DNA of 64,000 nt from an uncultured Actinomycetes bacterium. GTDB lineage: Bacteria > Actinomycetota > Thermoleophilia > RBG-16-64-13. Made by a program: the position numbers and the translations under genes. Each line of letters begins with the position of its first letter. The stretch's first letter is position 1. Shown here in pieces: positions 48,921 through 57,998 of the stretch. The stretch lies in assembly GCA_963706025.1 (NCBI GenBank), contig CAVPLM010000014.1:1-64000 (forward strand), written 5' to 3'. The notes beneath the pieces are model-generated. The model was given only the letters and a program-made list of their open reading frames with translations, had not been told where the DNA came from and searched no databases.

Positions 48921-49504
48921 CTCTGGACCTCCGTGACGGAGCGGGCGTGATATGGATAGTCGGCTTTCAGCTCCCCATGCAAGGTGCGCAGGGCTAGGTT
49001 CAAGCGAGACTTGACGGTTCCGAGAGGAAGATCCAGGATCTCGGCGATCTCAGCGTAAGACAGGTCAGAGTAGTGACGCAGGACTACCACCACGCGTAAC
49101 TTCACGCTCAGGCGGTCGAGCGCCCGCCGCACACAATCGTCGTCGGCATACCGGTCGGGCATGACATCGCGACCACCGGCCCGGGCCTCGGCGGCTTCAT
49201 CCAGGCTATCGACCTTCGGGCGCCGGCGGCGCCAATTCAGGCAACGGTTGACGGTGATCCGGTGGAGCCAGGTGGTGAAGGCGCCCCGGTTGGGGTCGTA
49301 GGTCTCCAGCGAGCGGTGGACTTGGAGAAAGACATCCTGCAGGATGTCCTCGGCGTCGGCGTTGTTGCCGAGTGTGAGGTATGCCGCTCTGTAGACGAGG
49401 TTCTTGTATTCTTCAAAGAGTCGGGCGAAGGCCTCTTCGTCTCCGGCCTGGCAGCGACGTATGAGGACGAGATCCACCCCGGCTCCTTCTCGAGTACCTT
49501 CCAT
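48917..49504 (-). CDS. ECF RNA polymerase sigma factor
   Basis: GDEEAF, DAEDILQDVF, FTTWLHRITVN, LSYAEIAEIL..PLGTVKSRL. Start placed at ATG 49504 because the bases upstream look like a promoter. Confidence 0.9.
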   Translation of the reverse strand: MEGTREGAGVDLVLIRRCQAGDEEAFARLFEEYKNLVYRAAYLTLGNNADAEDILQDVFLQVHRSLETYDPNRGAFTTWLHRITVNRCLNWRRRRPKVDSLDEAAEARAGGRDVMPDRYADDDCVRRALDRLSVKLRVVVVLRHYSDLSYAEIAEILDLPLGTVKSRLNLALRTLHGELKADYPYHARSVTEVQR

Positions 49505-49511
49505 CGCCAAC

Positions 49512-49539
49512 AGTACACTGGGGGAGCGGGAAAAGTTCA
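49512..49539 (-). promoter_or_regulatory. Candidate autoregulated ECF promoter GAACTT-N16-GTACT
   Basis: Minus strand TGAACTT-ttcccgctcccccagt-GTACT, 7 nt upstream of ATG. ECF -35 elements typically contain AAC. Confidence 0.5.
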
Positions 49540-49646
49540 CTCGAGCGCCGGATCCCGGCGTGGGCGGGTACGAATCCCTAGGCGGCCGAAGTCCGCCCCG
49601 CCATCGTCGCCGCTTCTTGGTCCTTAGGATTCCAAGGCCCAGGCGC

Positions 49647-50507
49647 TCATCGACGGCGACCGTACGAGCCGCGTCCGTGCTCCAACTTGAGCAACCGTCT
49701 GAACGTGCTCGGTCTCATCACCTCGTGCCCGTTGGCCTCGATCAGACCTCGGACCCTGTGGAGCAGGTCGGCGTTCGTGGCCAACTTGGTGCGCTTGACA
49801 TCGAACCACACGTTGTCCTCCAGGCCTACCCGGACGCCCCCTCCCACGGCTATTGCCAGGGAGTTCATCATCAACTGCGTATCACCGACCCCCGCGAGAC
49901 TCCAGTAGGACTCGGGGGGCAGATCGCGGATCATCACACCCACGTGGAGGAGATCGGCCTGGGCACAGGCGATGTTCCCTAGGATCAGGTTGAAGTAGTG
50001 CGGTGGCTGCAGCACTCCCCGGCTGGTCAGATACTTGGCATAGTTGATCATGCCGGCATCGAACGCCTCCAGCTCGGGTAGTATGCCCTTACCCGCCATC
50101 TCCTCAGCGAGTCTGCGGATCATGTCGGGCGAATTGACGCTCGCCTGTTTGTTGAAGTTGACCGAGCTGAGGGTCAGACTCCCCATGTCGGGTTTCTGCT
50201 CCCCCTCGAGCTGGAGACAGTCTGCCCGCTGGCTGAAGCGGCTGTACCGGCGCCCACTCGTGGAGACCCCGATCACCAGGTCTCTGGCGTATGCCCGGAT
50301 GCCTTCGATGATCCTGCCGTAGATCTCCGATTCGTACGTGGGGTCCCCGCTGACCTCGTCTCTGGCGTGGAGATGGACCGTGGTGATGCCGATCTCTGTC
50401 GCGCGGAGCACGTCCTCGACGATCTCGCTCACCGAAAGCGGAGCATGGGGGCTCAGCTTCTTCGTCGGTATCATCCCGGTGGGGGTGAAGTTCACGATGA
50501 TGTCCAC
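49647..50507 (-). CDS. Beta-keto acid cleavage enzyme (BKACE/Kce family, DUF849)
   Basis: PTG..P.K....P....EI, VHLHARD, STSGR, PDM.SL, PELE.FD, VRVGLEDN, TN..L. Confidence 0.88.
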   Translation of the reverse strand: MDIIVNFTPTGMIPTKKLSPHAPLSVSEIVEDVLRATEIGITTVHLHARDEVSGDPTYESEIYGRIIEGIRAYARDLVIGVSTSGRRYSRFSQRADCLQLEGEQKPDMGSLTLSSVNFNKQASVNSPDMIRRLAEEMAGKGILPELEAFDAGMINYAKYLTSRGVLQPPHYFNLILGNIACAQADLLHVGVMIRDLPPESYWSLAGVGDTQLMMNSLAIAVGGGVRVGLEDNVWFDVKRTKLATNADLLHRVRGLIEANGHEVMRPSTFRRLLKLEHGRGSYGRRR

Positions 50508-50655
50508 AGCGCCGCCTTTTCGTCTATCGACCGGTGTGAAGCCTACGACCGGCCCCACTCTAGCACTATCGCTCCCTCACGGGCGCCGCAGCTTTCGCCG
50601 TGCACTCCTCCCGCCGGCGCTCCGCGAGACGGATCGGACGCCAACGCCTGCCCCA

Positions 50656-52887
50656 CTACGGCGAGGACCCGCCGGCCTCAAGTTGCTTGATGGCCTTCGT
50701 GATCTCGTCCTTCCCGGGAGCCAACGCATCCACCGACTTCAGGACTGCGAGGGCTTCGGCCGTCCGGCCCAGCTGCTGATAGAGACTCGCCAGAGCGATC
50801 GCAGCCTCGCTGCCGGTCGGATCGATCTCCAGACAGTACTGGAGCGTCTTTCTGGCTTGTTCCGTCCTGCCGGTGGCAACCAAGGCGTGGGCGAGTTGCA
50901 CGCGGATGGCCGTGCCGAGGGGCATCACCTCTATCCCTCGCTCCGCCACCTCGATGGCGCTCTGGTAATAACCTTTGTCGAGGGTTGCGCCACCGAAGTT
51001 GTGGAGGGTGGCCAGGTACACATAGTTCTCGTATTCGCTCGGGATGAACGCGATCGCGTCTTTGAAGGCGGACTCTGCGTTCTCAAAGCTTCTCCTGATC
51101 GCCTCTGTGTACTGGGTCGTGTCCTCACCCTTTCCCCGCGCCTGGTCCCCGGCCAGTCTAGAGGCCCGTATCTCATCTGAATAGGCGAGGCCGACCGCGC
51201 TCTTGTAGTCCGGGTTGAGCGGGTTGAGTCTGACCGCCCGGAGCGCTTCCGCGGTCCGGGCGGTCGGGGAGGGCGCGATCTGGGACTGCAAGTAGGCGTT
51301 GTCTGCTGCGAGGTAGACCCCCTGATAGCCGATGCCCGCCGCCGAGAGCGCGATAACAGCGACCGCGGCCACGGTGCCCCATCTGCGGGCCTTCACCTCG
51401 ACAGACCGGGCGGTCGGCACAAGGACGAGCGCCAGCGCCATCCACAGGAGGAAGGTGGCGCCGGTGACCGAGAGGCCGAACAAGAGATGGACAAGATAGC
51501 CGGCCGAGGCGGCCCAGAACGCACCCAGGATGATGCGCGCAGGATCGCTCGAACGCCGGAAAACGGTCCCGAAGGACCTCACCCCTGCCCAGACGAAGAT
51601 GCCGTAGAACAGGAGCACGCCGGGGATGCCGATGCCGCTGGCCAGCTGCAGCGGGTAGTCGTGCGCGTTGTCAACGCGCGACGAGCCGCCCATGATTTGC
51701 ACGTACTCGGCCGTCTTGTGCTTGGTGAAGGCCAGACGAAAGGTGTCGGCACCCCAGCCGAGGATCGGCCGCTCCTTGATGGCCGCGATCGCCGCCCGCC
51801 ATATTTCCACGCGGGTCTGTCCGCTGCCACTGCCGAAGTCAAAGATCGACCCCAGACGCTTGCCGAAGTTCATAACTTCGCTCGGGTTCGATAAGCTACG
51901 CGCGATGATGCCGATACCGAGTGCGACGAAGGCCCCGGCCGGCGCCCAGTCGATGCGACGCATGGTGACGCGCTGTCGCCAAGCTATGAGGCCAAGGAGC
52001 GCGAGACTGAAGAGCCCGCCGATCCAGGCTCCACGTGTGAACGAACCAATCAGTGCCAGCCCGTTAACGCCGAAGCCGACCCAATAGATGATGCGCCAGA
52101 CGAGTCTCTGTTCCAGCAGCGCGAGCCCCAGCGCGACCGTGACCGAGAAGATCAGGAAACCACCGAGGAAATCGGGGTTGCCGTAGGTGGAGAAGGCGCG
52201 GTCGACTTCGAAAGGAAGCACCCCCCAGTGTACGAAATCACGGCCGGCGAACTGCAGAAGACCATAGCCGGCCACGATCACGCTGGCCCCGAAGAGAGAC
52301 TGGGCGAGACGGCGAACGCGTGAAGCGTGGTCTGCGAACTGAAGGACGAGGAAGTACATGATGCCATAGGTGACAAAGGAGAGCAGTCCCTCGTAGCGCC
52401 ACGGCTTGCCCAGCAACGCCGTGGGCCAGTGGACCGACGTAGCGGTGGTGACAGCTACCCAGGCGATGAACGCGAGGATCAGCCAGTCCACCGGATGGTG
52501 CCTTATGCGCCCGCCCCTGCGCAGAGAATCCCAGGCCCAGGCGGCCAGCGCAATGAGCCCCAGCACCCGTTCGAAAGATACCTTGGCGATCTCGAACAAG
52601 TCATGGGTGAAGGGGTCCTTGAAGCCGAGGAACGTGAGGTTGCTCATCGCGATGGGCACGAGGAACACCATGGCAAGCAGCGCCCACCAGGAGATCCTGC
52701 GGCCGAGGCTCATCGGTTGCACGGCGGCCGCTTCGACGGACGCGGCCGGCTGCGTCGCGGACCTGGGTGTCTGCTTGACAGGAGGCCGCTTGCCGGCCGC
52801 CTGGGAGTGGGTAGTTTGGCTACGCGCGGCCCGACTCGGGGCCGGCTGACTACGTGGTGCTCGCTGCTTCTTCTTGGCCTTCGCCAA
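50656..52887 (-). CDS. O-antigen ligase (Wzy_C) family membrane protein with C-terminal TPR repeats
   Basis: Many TMs, STYGNP.FLGG, FTRGAW, R.EIW..A..AI.ERPILGWG.DTF, AHDYPLQ, TPR-like helical C-terminus. Confidence 0.85.
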   Translation of the reverse strand: MAKAKKKQRAPRSQPAPSRAARSQTTHSQAAGKRPPVKQTPRSATQPAASVEAAAVQPMSLGRRISWWALLAMVFLVPIAMSNLTFLGFKDPFTHDLFEIAKVSFERVLGLIALAAWAWDSLRRGGRIRHHPVDWLILAFIAWVAVTTATSVHWPTALLGKPWRYEGLLSFVTYGIMYFLVLQFADHASRVRRLAQSLFGASVIVAGYGLLQFAGRDFVHWGVLPFEVDRAFSTYGNPDFLGGFLIFSVTVALGLALLEQRLVWRIIYWVGFGVNGLALIGSFTRGAWIGGLFSLALLGLIAWRQRVTMRRIDWAPAGAFVALGIGIIARSLSNPSEVMNFGKRLGSIFDFGSGSGQTRVEIWRAAIAAIKERPILGWGADTFRLAFTKHKTAEYVQIMGGSSRVDNAHDYPLQLASGIGIPGVLLFYGIFVWAGVRSFGTVFRRSSDPARIILGAFWAASAGYLVHLLFGLSVTGATFLLWMALALVLVPTARSVEVKARRWGTVAAVAVIALSAAGIGYQGVYLAADNAYLQSQIAPSPTARTAEALRAVRLNPLNPDYKSAVGLAYSDEIRASRLAGDQARGKGEDTTQYTEAIRRSFENAESAFKDAIAFIPSEYENYVYLATLHNFGGATLDKGYYQSAIEVAERGIEVMPLGTAIRVQLAHALVATGRTEQARKTLQYCLEIDPTGSEAAIALASLYQQLGRTAEALAVLKSVDALAPGKDEITKAIKQLEAGGSSP

Positions 52888-52899
52888 TCACTCGCTCCT

Positions 52900-54333
52900 T
52901 CATCTGGCTCCGCGCCCGGTGAGCACCACACGCAGCGTCTCGGCCACGATCTGGGCGTCCATGGCCAGGGTCTGATGATACATGTATATGAGGTCGTATT
53001 TGAGCTTGCGCTCGGGTGTGGTCGCATAGCCGCCGCTTACCTGGGCCAGCCCGGTGACTCCCGGCCTGACGTTGAAGCGCTCGCGGTAGCCGGGTGTCTC
53101 GGCAAGGTGTCGCTCCACGAAGTACGGTCGCTCAGGTCTTGGGCCGACGAAGCTCATCTCGCCTTTGATGATGTTGGCGAGCTGGGGGATCTCGTCGAGG
53201 CGGAACTTGCGTAGAAAGCCGCCGACCCTGGTGATGCGCGGGTCGTTCTCCTGCGCGAGCACGGGGCCGCTCATCTCTTCCGCGTCCTTGACCATGGTGC
53301 GTAGCTTGTGAATACGGAAAGGCTTCATAGCCCGACCGACGCGCTCCTGGGAGTAGAACACAGGGAAGCCATCTCCGATAGCGATGGCGACGGCGGCGAC
53401 GAGCAATCCGGGGCTGGTCAGAACGAGGGCGATGGCGGCGACCAGCACGTCGATCGCGCGCTTGGCGGCCGAGTAGTAGCGGGGCACGGTTGTATGCGTG
53501 ATCTCCATCAGCGGCACGTCCCCGACGATGGCGTCCACTGTGCCGATGAAGATCTCGTAGAGCTCGGGGACGACGTCCACGCGCACCTTGGTGCCGTCGG
53601 CCAGAACAAGGGACTCCACGAGCTCGCGTAGAGCGATGGGACTGACGATGATGACGCGGTTGGCCTGGTGCTCTCCGACTACCCGGGCCACGTCGTGGGC
53701 AGCGCCGAGGACCGGGAATCCGCCGACGGAGCTGGGGGCGTCGCGGCTGGGGGTGTCGCGGCTGGGGGTGTCGCGGCCCGGGGCGTCGCGGCCTGGCGTA
53801 TCGCGGCCTGGGACGGTGTTCGCGTCCAGCAGTCCGGTCACGGTCCAGCCCCAGCGGCCGCGCGCCGCCACTTTCTGAGCGAGATCGACCGACGCAGGGT
53901 CGGTGCCGACGATGATCACCCGCTGTTCCGGCCAGCTCACGCGCGCCAGGTGGAGGAAGGCGAGGCGCCAACCCATGAGCAGCACGAGGTCGAGAACCCA
54001 GGCGAGCAGGATCGTCGAGCGCGCGAACGAGGCCGTGAGGGTGCTGCCGAAGAAGGCGATCGCCGCGGTGAGCAGAGTGCCGACCGTCACTGCGGCCACG
54101 ACGCCCCGGGCGACCGCCCAGGCGGTGTCGGCTCGCTCCGGATTGTACAGGCCGTAAGTCCAGGCACCGGCGATGTAGAGCAACGTGAGTAGCGGCGCCA
54201 GTATGAGATAGGCGTCGAAGTTGAAGGCCGGCAACTGGCCTCCGAAACGGACAAGGAAGGCGAGTACGAAGCCTACGTTGACGAGCGCGGCATCGATGAC
54301 GATGGATAGAGCGATGAAGCGGTTGCGCGACAC
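52900..54333 (-). CDS. Initiating polyprenyl-phosphate sugar-1-phosphate transferase (WcaJ/WbaP-like)
   Basis: N-terminal TMs, KR.ID, FYSQERVG, F.IHKLRTM, DPRITRVG.FLRK.RLDEIPQL.N, MS.VGPRPE, PG.TGLAQV. Confidence 0.92.
   Translation of the reverse strand: MSRNRFIALSIVIDAALVNVGFVLAFLVRFGGQLPAFNFDAYLILAPLLTLLYIAGAWTYGLYNPERADTAWAVARGVVAAVTVGTLLTAAIAFFGSTLTASFARSTILLAWVLDLVLLMGWRLAFLHLARVSWPEQRVIIVGTDPASVDLAQKVAARGRWGWTVTGLLDANTVPGRDTPGRDAPGRDTPSRDTPSRDAPSSVGGFPVLGAAHDVARVVGEHQANRVIIVSPIALRELVESLVLADGTKVRVDVVPELYEIFIGTVDAIVGDVPLMEITHTTVPRYYSAAKRAIDVLVAAIALVLTSPGLLVAAVAIAIGDGFPVFYSQERVGRAMKPFRIHKLRTMVKDAEEMSGPVLAQENDPRITRVGGFLRKFRLDEIPQLANIIKGEMSFVGPRPERPYFVERHLAETPGYRERFNVRPGVTGLAQVSGGYATTPERKLKYDLIYMYHQTLAMDAQIVAETLRVVLTGRGAR
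53731..53811. repeat. In-frame 15-bp tandem repeat (about 5 copies) encoding P(G/S)RD(T/A)
   Basis: gctgggggcgtcgcg / gctgggggtgtcgcg x2 / gcccggggcgtcgcg / gcctggcgtatcgcg. Confidence 0.85.
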
Positions 54334-55530
54334 CTACACCCCTCCTCGCCTATGGGCGTGCCGCGCGATGGCTTCCGTATACACGTCAAGCGTGCTTGCG
54401 ACCATTCGCGGGACGGTGAACTCGCGGAGGGCGCGCGCCTGGGCCTGCCGGCCCAGGCGCGCGCGCAGGTCGTCGTCGTTCAACAGGCGATTGAGTGCAG
54501 CCGCGAGTGCCAGCGAGTCACCGGGGGGCACGGTGAGCCCGGTGACACCGTCGGGGTTCGCGTAGGGAACGCCGGTAGGAAGGTCGGTCGACACGACCGG
54601 GGTGCCTGCGGCGTGGGCCTCGATCTGCACGAGGCCGAAGGCCTCGCTGCGGGCGACGCTCGGTAGACACAGCACGTCTGCGGCGCGGTACCAGGCGGAA
54701 AGCTCGTCGTCATCCTGAGGGGGGAGAAAGGTCACACGTCGGGCGACACCGCTCGCCGAGGCGAAGCTACGCAGCTGGGCCTCGAGCGGGCCGCGGCCGA
54801 TCACGACCAGATCGGCGTCGACCCGGAGCATGGCCCGCAAGAGGATGTCGACGCCCTTGTAGTAGACGAGTCGACCGACGAAAAGGACCATCTTGCGCCC
54901 AGCGTGGGCGGCGCGCAGCTCCGCTGCGCGCCCCAGAACGGCGGGGGTGGCCGCGAGGCACCGTGCCGGCAGGCCGAAGGGCACGACGCGGCATTTCTCC
55001 GCGCGCGGCGCCAGGAACTCCGAGCCCCTCACCATGTTGGGCGAGGATGTCACGATGAGGTCGACTCTATCAAGAAACCGCTCCAAAAAGGGCCGATAAG
55101 CGGCGAGCAAGCCCTTTTGGCGAACGATGTCGCTGTGATACAAGACGACGCTAGGCACCGCGAGACGCGCCAGAAGGAACGAGAGTTCGCCCCAGGGGTA
55201 GGGAGAATGGAGGTTGACGACGTCGGTCGGCTCCGGGCCGCCTGGGCCCTGGCGGCGCAGCTCGTCGCGCAGGGCCCGAGGCATGCCGGCTGCCACCGGC
55301 GCCGACGACAGGGCCAGCTGCCTGGGGAGGCGCACCACTTCGACGCCGCCGATCCTTTCCTCCACGCGCTCCCGGCTTTCGTTGCTCACCAGGGCGCGCA
55401 CCTGTGCACCAGCGTGCTCGACAAGACCCTCCGACAGGATGCGCACCACGTTCTCCACGCCACCCAGGTGCGGCGGCGAGTAGTACTTGTTCACCATCGT
55501 GACGCGTAGCGGACGATCGAGCGCCTTCAT
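54334..55530 (-). CDS. GT4 glycosyltransferase
   Basis: KYY.P..GGVE, YHSDIV, FVGRLVYYKG, PS..RSEAFGLVQIEA.A.GTPVV. Confidence 0.92.
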   Translation of the reverse strand: MKALDRPLRVTMVNKYYSPPHLGGVENVVRILSEGLVEHAGAQVRALVSNESRERVEERIGGVEVVRLPRQLALSSAPVAAGMPRALRDELRRQGPGGPEPTDVVNLHSPYPWGELSFLLARLAVPSVVLYHSDIVRQKGLLAAYRPFLERFLDRVDLIVTSSPNMVRGSEFLAPRAEKCRVVPFGLPARCLAATPAVLGRAAELRAAHAGRKMVLFVGRLVYYKGVDILLRAMLRVDADLVVIGRGPLEAQLRSFASASGVARRVTFLPPQDDDELSAWYRAADVLCLPSVARSEAFGLVQIEAHAAGTPVVSTDLPTGVPYANPDGVTGLTVPPGDSLALAAALNRLLNDDDLRARLGRQAQARALREFTVPRMVASTLDVYTEAIARHAHRRGGV

Positions 55531-56684
55531 TCGGCGCGGCCTTTCCGCGCGCTGCGCGCCGGCCGGCTCCCCTGCGCCCGGCGCAACGCGAAGGCCCGCA
55601 GCACTTCGCGGTACACGGCTACTGTGGCGGCTGCGGTGTGCTCCCAGGAGAACCGTGCCGCGCGTTCGCGGCCTGCTAGCGAGAGGCTCTGACGGAGAGC
55701 TGGATCGTCGAGTAGCCGGGCAAGCGCATCCGTGAGCGCGCCTGCTTCTCCTGCCGGGAACAGGAGCGCGGCGTCGCCTACCACCTCCGGCAACGATGCG
55801 GCGGCGGCGCAGACTACTGGAGCGCCGAGCGCCATGGCCTCGAGCGGTGGCAGGCCGAAGCCTTCGTACTGCGACGGGAAGACAAATGCCGCGGCGCCGG
55901 CGTAGAGCGCCCGCAGTTCGGTGTCGTCCACGCGGCCGGTGAACGCCACACGGGGGCGCGTCTCGGCCGCCACGCCTGCCGGCCCCGCGTCGAGGTAACC
56001 GGACGGTTCGGCGCCGACCAACAGCAGGCGAAGATCGGGAATCGAAGGGGCCAGCTGCGAGAACGCCAGCAGCAAAGTCGGCAGGTCCTTGTGTAGCTTG
56101 GTGTTTCCCATCGAGAGTAGGTACGGTTGCGAAGCCAGATGGGCCAGTGCTCCAGTGAGCGGCCCGATCGGGCCGTCGGAGAAGTCATCCACGGCTTCGG
56201 CAATCACCTCGAGTTTGTTCCGTGCCGCCGGGAAGAGTCTCTCTACGTCGGCCGCCGTGGCGCGCGAAGGCACGACTACGCGGTCGGCTAGGCGCACAGC
56301 GCGCGCGTTCCAGCGGCGGTACACGGCTCGTTTCGCCGCCGAGGGCATGACGCCGGGAACGAGAAGCGGCGCGAGATCGTGCAGCGTCACGACGAGAGGC
56401 ACGTGTATCGAAGCGGGTGTCGGAAAGTGCGGACAGTGGACGAGGTCCGGCTTCGCCTCGCGCGCGAGGCGCGCCAGCTCCAAGGCCCCGCGCACGCCGA
56501 AGGGGTGGGCCGTCGCGGCCACAACCTCTGCGCCCGGGCCGGGCGCCACGGGCGGATGCACCTCCGCGGCGCAGACCTGCACAACCTCCACGTCGTCGCG
56601 GGCTGCCAGGGCACGCGCGAGCCCGGTCGTGTATCGGCCGACTCCGGACCAGCCCACCATGCGACAGTCAAGGAGAACGCGCAT
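55527..56684 (-). CDS. GT4 glycosyltransferase (mannosyltransferase-like)
   Basis: MRVLLD, SGVGRY, TLHDL, FPS.YEGFGLPPLEAMA.G. Start overlaps the upstream stop. Confidence 0.9.
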   Translation of the reverse strand: MRVLLDCRMVGWSGVGRYTTGLARALAARDDVEVVQVCAAEVHPPVAPGPGAEVVAATAHPFGVRGALELARLAREAKPDLVHCPHFPTPASIHVPLVVTLHDLAPLLVPGVMPSAAKRAVYRRWNARAVRLADRVVVPSRATAADVERLFPAARNKLEVIAEAVDDFSDGPIGPLTGALAHLASQPYLLSMGNTKLHKDLPTLLLAFSQLAPSIPDLRLLLVGAEPSGYLDAGPAGVAAETRPRVAFTGRVDDTELRALYAGAAAFVFPSQYEGFGLPPLEAMALGAPVVCAAAASLPEVVGDAALLFPAGEAGALTDALARLLDDPALRQSLSLAGRERAARFSWEHTAAATVAVYREVLRAFALRRAQGSRPARSARKGRAE

Positions 56685-57847
56685 CAGTGGGCGCGGCGCG
56701 CGCGAGCTGCGAGAGCCTGGTCGAAAGCGGCCATCATCCCCTCGGCGGTGCTCCGCCATGTGAACCGAGAGATACGCGCGCTCCCTGCAGCCGCGAGGCG
56801 CGCGCGCTCGCCGGCATCGGTCGCCACCAGCTCGATCGCCTGCGCTAACGCTCCGACGCTGGCCAGGTCGACGAGCAGCGCGGCGTCGCCGGCCACCTCG
56901 GGCAGTGACGAATTGTCGGCAGTGATCACCGGGCAACCGCACGCCATGGCCTCGAGCACCGGCAAGCCGAAACCCTCGTAGACGCTGGGGAAGACGAGTG
57001 CAAGGGCGCCGGCGTACAGCGCCACGAGATCCTCCGTGCAGAGATCGTCGAGGACCCGCAGGCGCTCCTGCAGACCCAGCGCTTCGGCTCGTGCCTGGAA
57101 ACCGGCGATAGAGGCGGTCTTGCGCGGCCGACCGATGCCGACCACGGTGAGCTTCGGGCGCGTGCCCTCAGGCAGCCGCGAAACCGCCTCGAGCGCCGCC
57201 GAGAAGTTCTTGCGTGGATTGAAGACATCCAGAGAGAGCAGATACGGACTCTGGACGCCAAGCCGCTCCAGCACTAAGGCGATCTGCTCGGCCGGTAGAG
57301 GCCGGAAGACCGCCGGATCCACGCCCCAGGGAACCACGCGCACGCTGCCTGGGGCCGCGCGGCCGAAGCGCAGAGCGTCCCGAGCGGTGGCGGCGGACGG
57401 GGTGACGACGACATCGGCATCAGCGATGACCTTACCGATCAGCAAGCGGTTGGCGGCAAGATTCAGCCACGGCTGCTGTGCAGGATAGTAGCGGTCCCAG
57501 AAGTCGTGGACAGTCGCGACCTTGCCGATGCCGTGAGCCCGGAACGGAAGCAGATGGCGTGGGCCCCAGAACAAGTCGACCCGATCCTCGAGCAGCAGCC
57601 GGTTCACGCCGGTCTGCATCCAGACGATGCTGCTACCGGTCAAGGGGCCCGACCCCACTCTCGTCGGCCACGGCAAGTCGAGCGGTTGCCCTGAAAACGG
57701 GATGACGGGAGGCGAGGCCGAATAGAGCATGAACCGGTGCGGCGTCTCCATCCCAGCCAGCGCTCGCATCGTCCGATACTGCGACGTGCCGATGCCCCCG
57801 CAGGCGGGATCGGACAGAGCGGTGGCGTCGATGCCGATGGTGGCCAT
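56684..57847 (-). CDS. GT4 glycosyltransferase (mannosyltransferase-like)
   Basis: IGIDA, TVHD, PRKN, FPSVYEGFGLPVLEAMACG. TAGAAT 6 nt before ATG suggests a leaderless mRNA. Confidence 0.9.
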   Translation of the reverse strand: MATIGIDATALSDPACGGIGTSQYRTMRALAGMETPHRFMLYSASPPVIPFSGQPLDLPWPTRVGSGPLTGSSIVWMQTGVNRLLLEDRVDLFWGPRHLLPFRAHGIGKVATVHDFWDRYYPAQQPWLNLAANRLLIGKVIADADVVVTPSAATARDALRFGRAAPGSVRVVPWGVDPAVFRPLPAEQIALVLERLGVQSPYLLSLDVFNPRKNFSAALEAVSRLPEGTRPKLTVVGIGRPRKTASIAGFQARAEALGLQERLRVLDDLCTEDLVALYAGALALVFPSVYEGFGLPVLEAMACGCPVITADNSSLPEVAGDAALLVDLASVGALAQAIELVATDAGERARLAAAGSARISRFTWRSTAEGMMAAFDQALAARARRAH

Positions 57848-57998
57848 GAGGCGATTCTACCCCACACCGGAGCCCACGCAGCCGCTTCGCCACCCGACTG
57901 TCCCGCCGGTACGGCCGAGGTCAGAGACGCGTGCACGGTGGAAACCTCGGTGGCCCGCGCCCCTCTGTCCCGTCAGCCCCGAGGCATGCCGGTCCCCA

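Noticed and set aside
49543-49620. Nested GC hairpins upstream of the ECF gene as a structured ncRNA
   Set aside because: Short stems are expected at this GC content and no family motif is recognisable; it may simply be the BKACE terminator.
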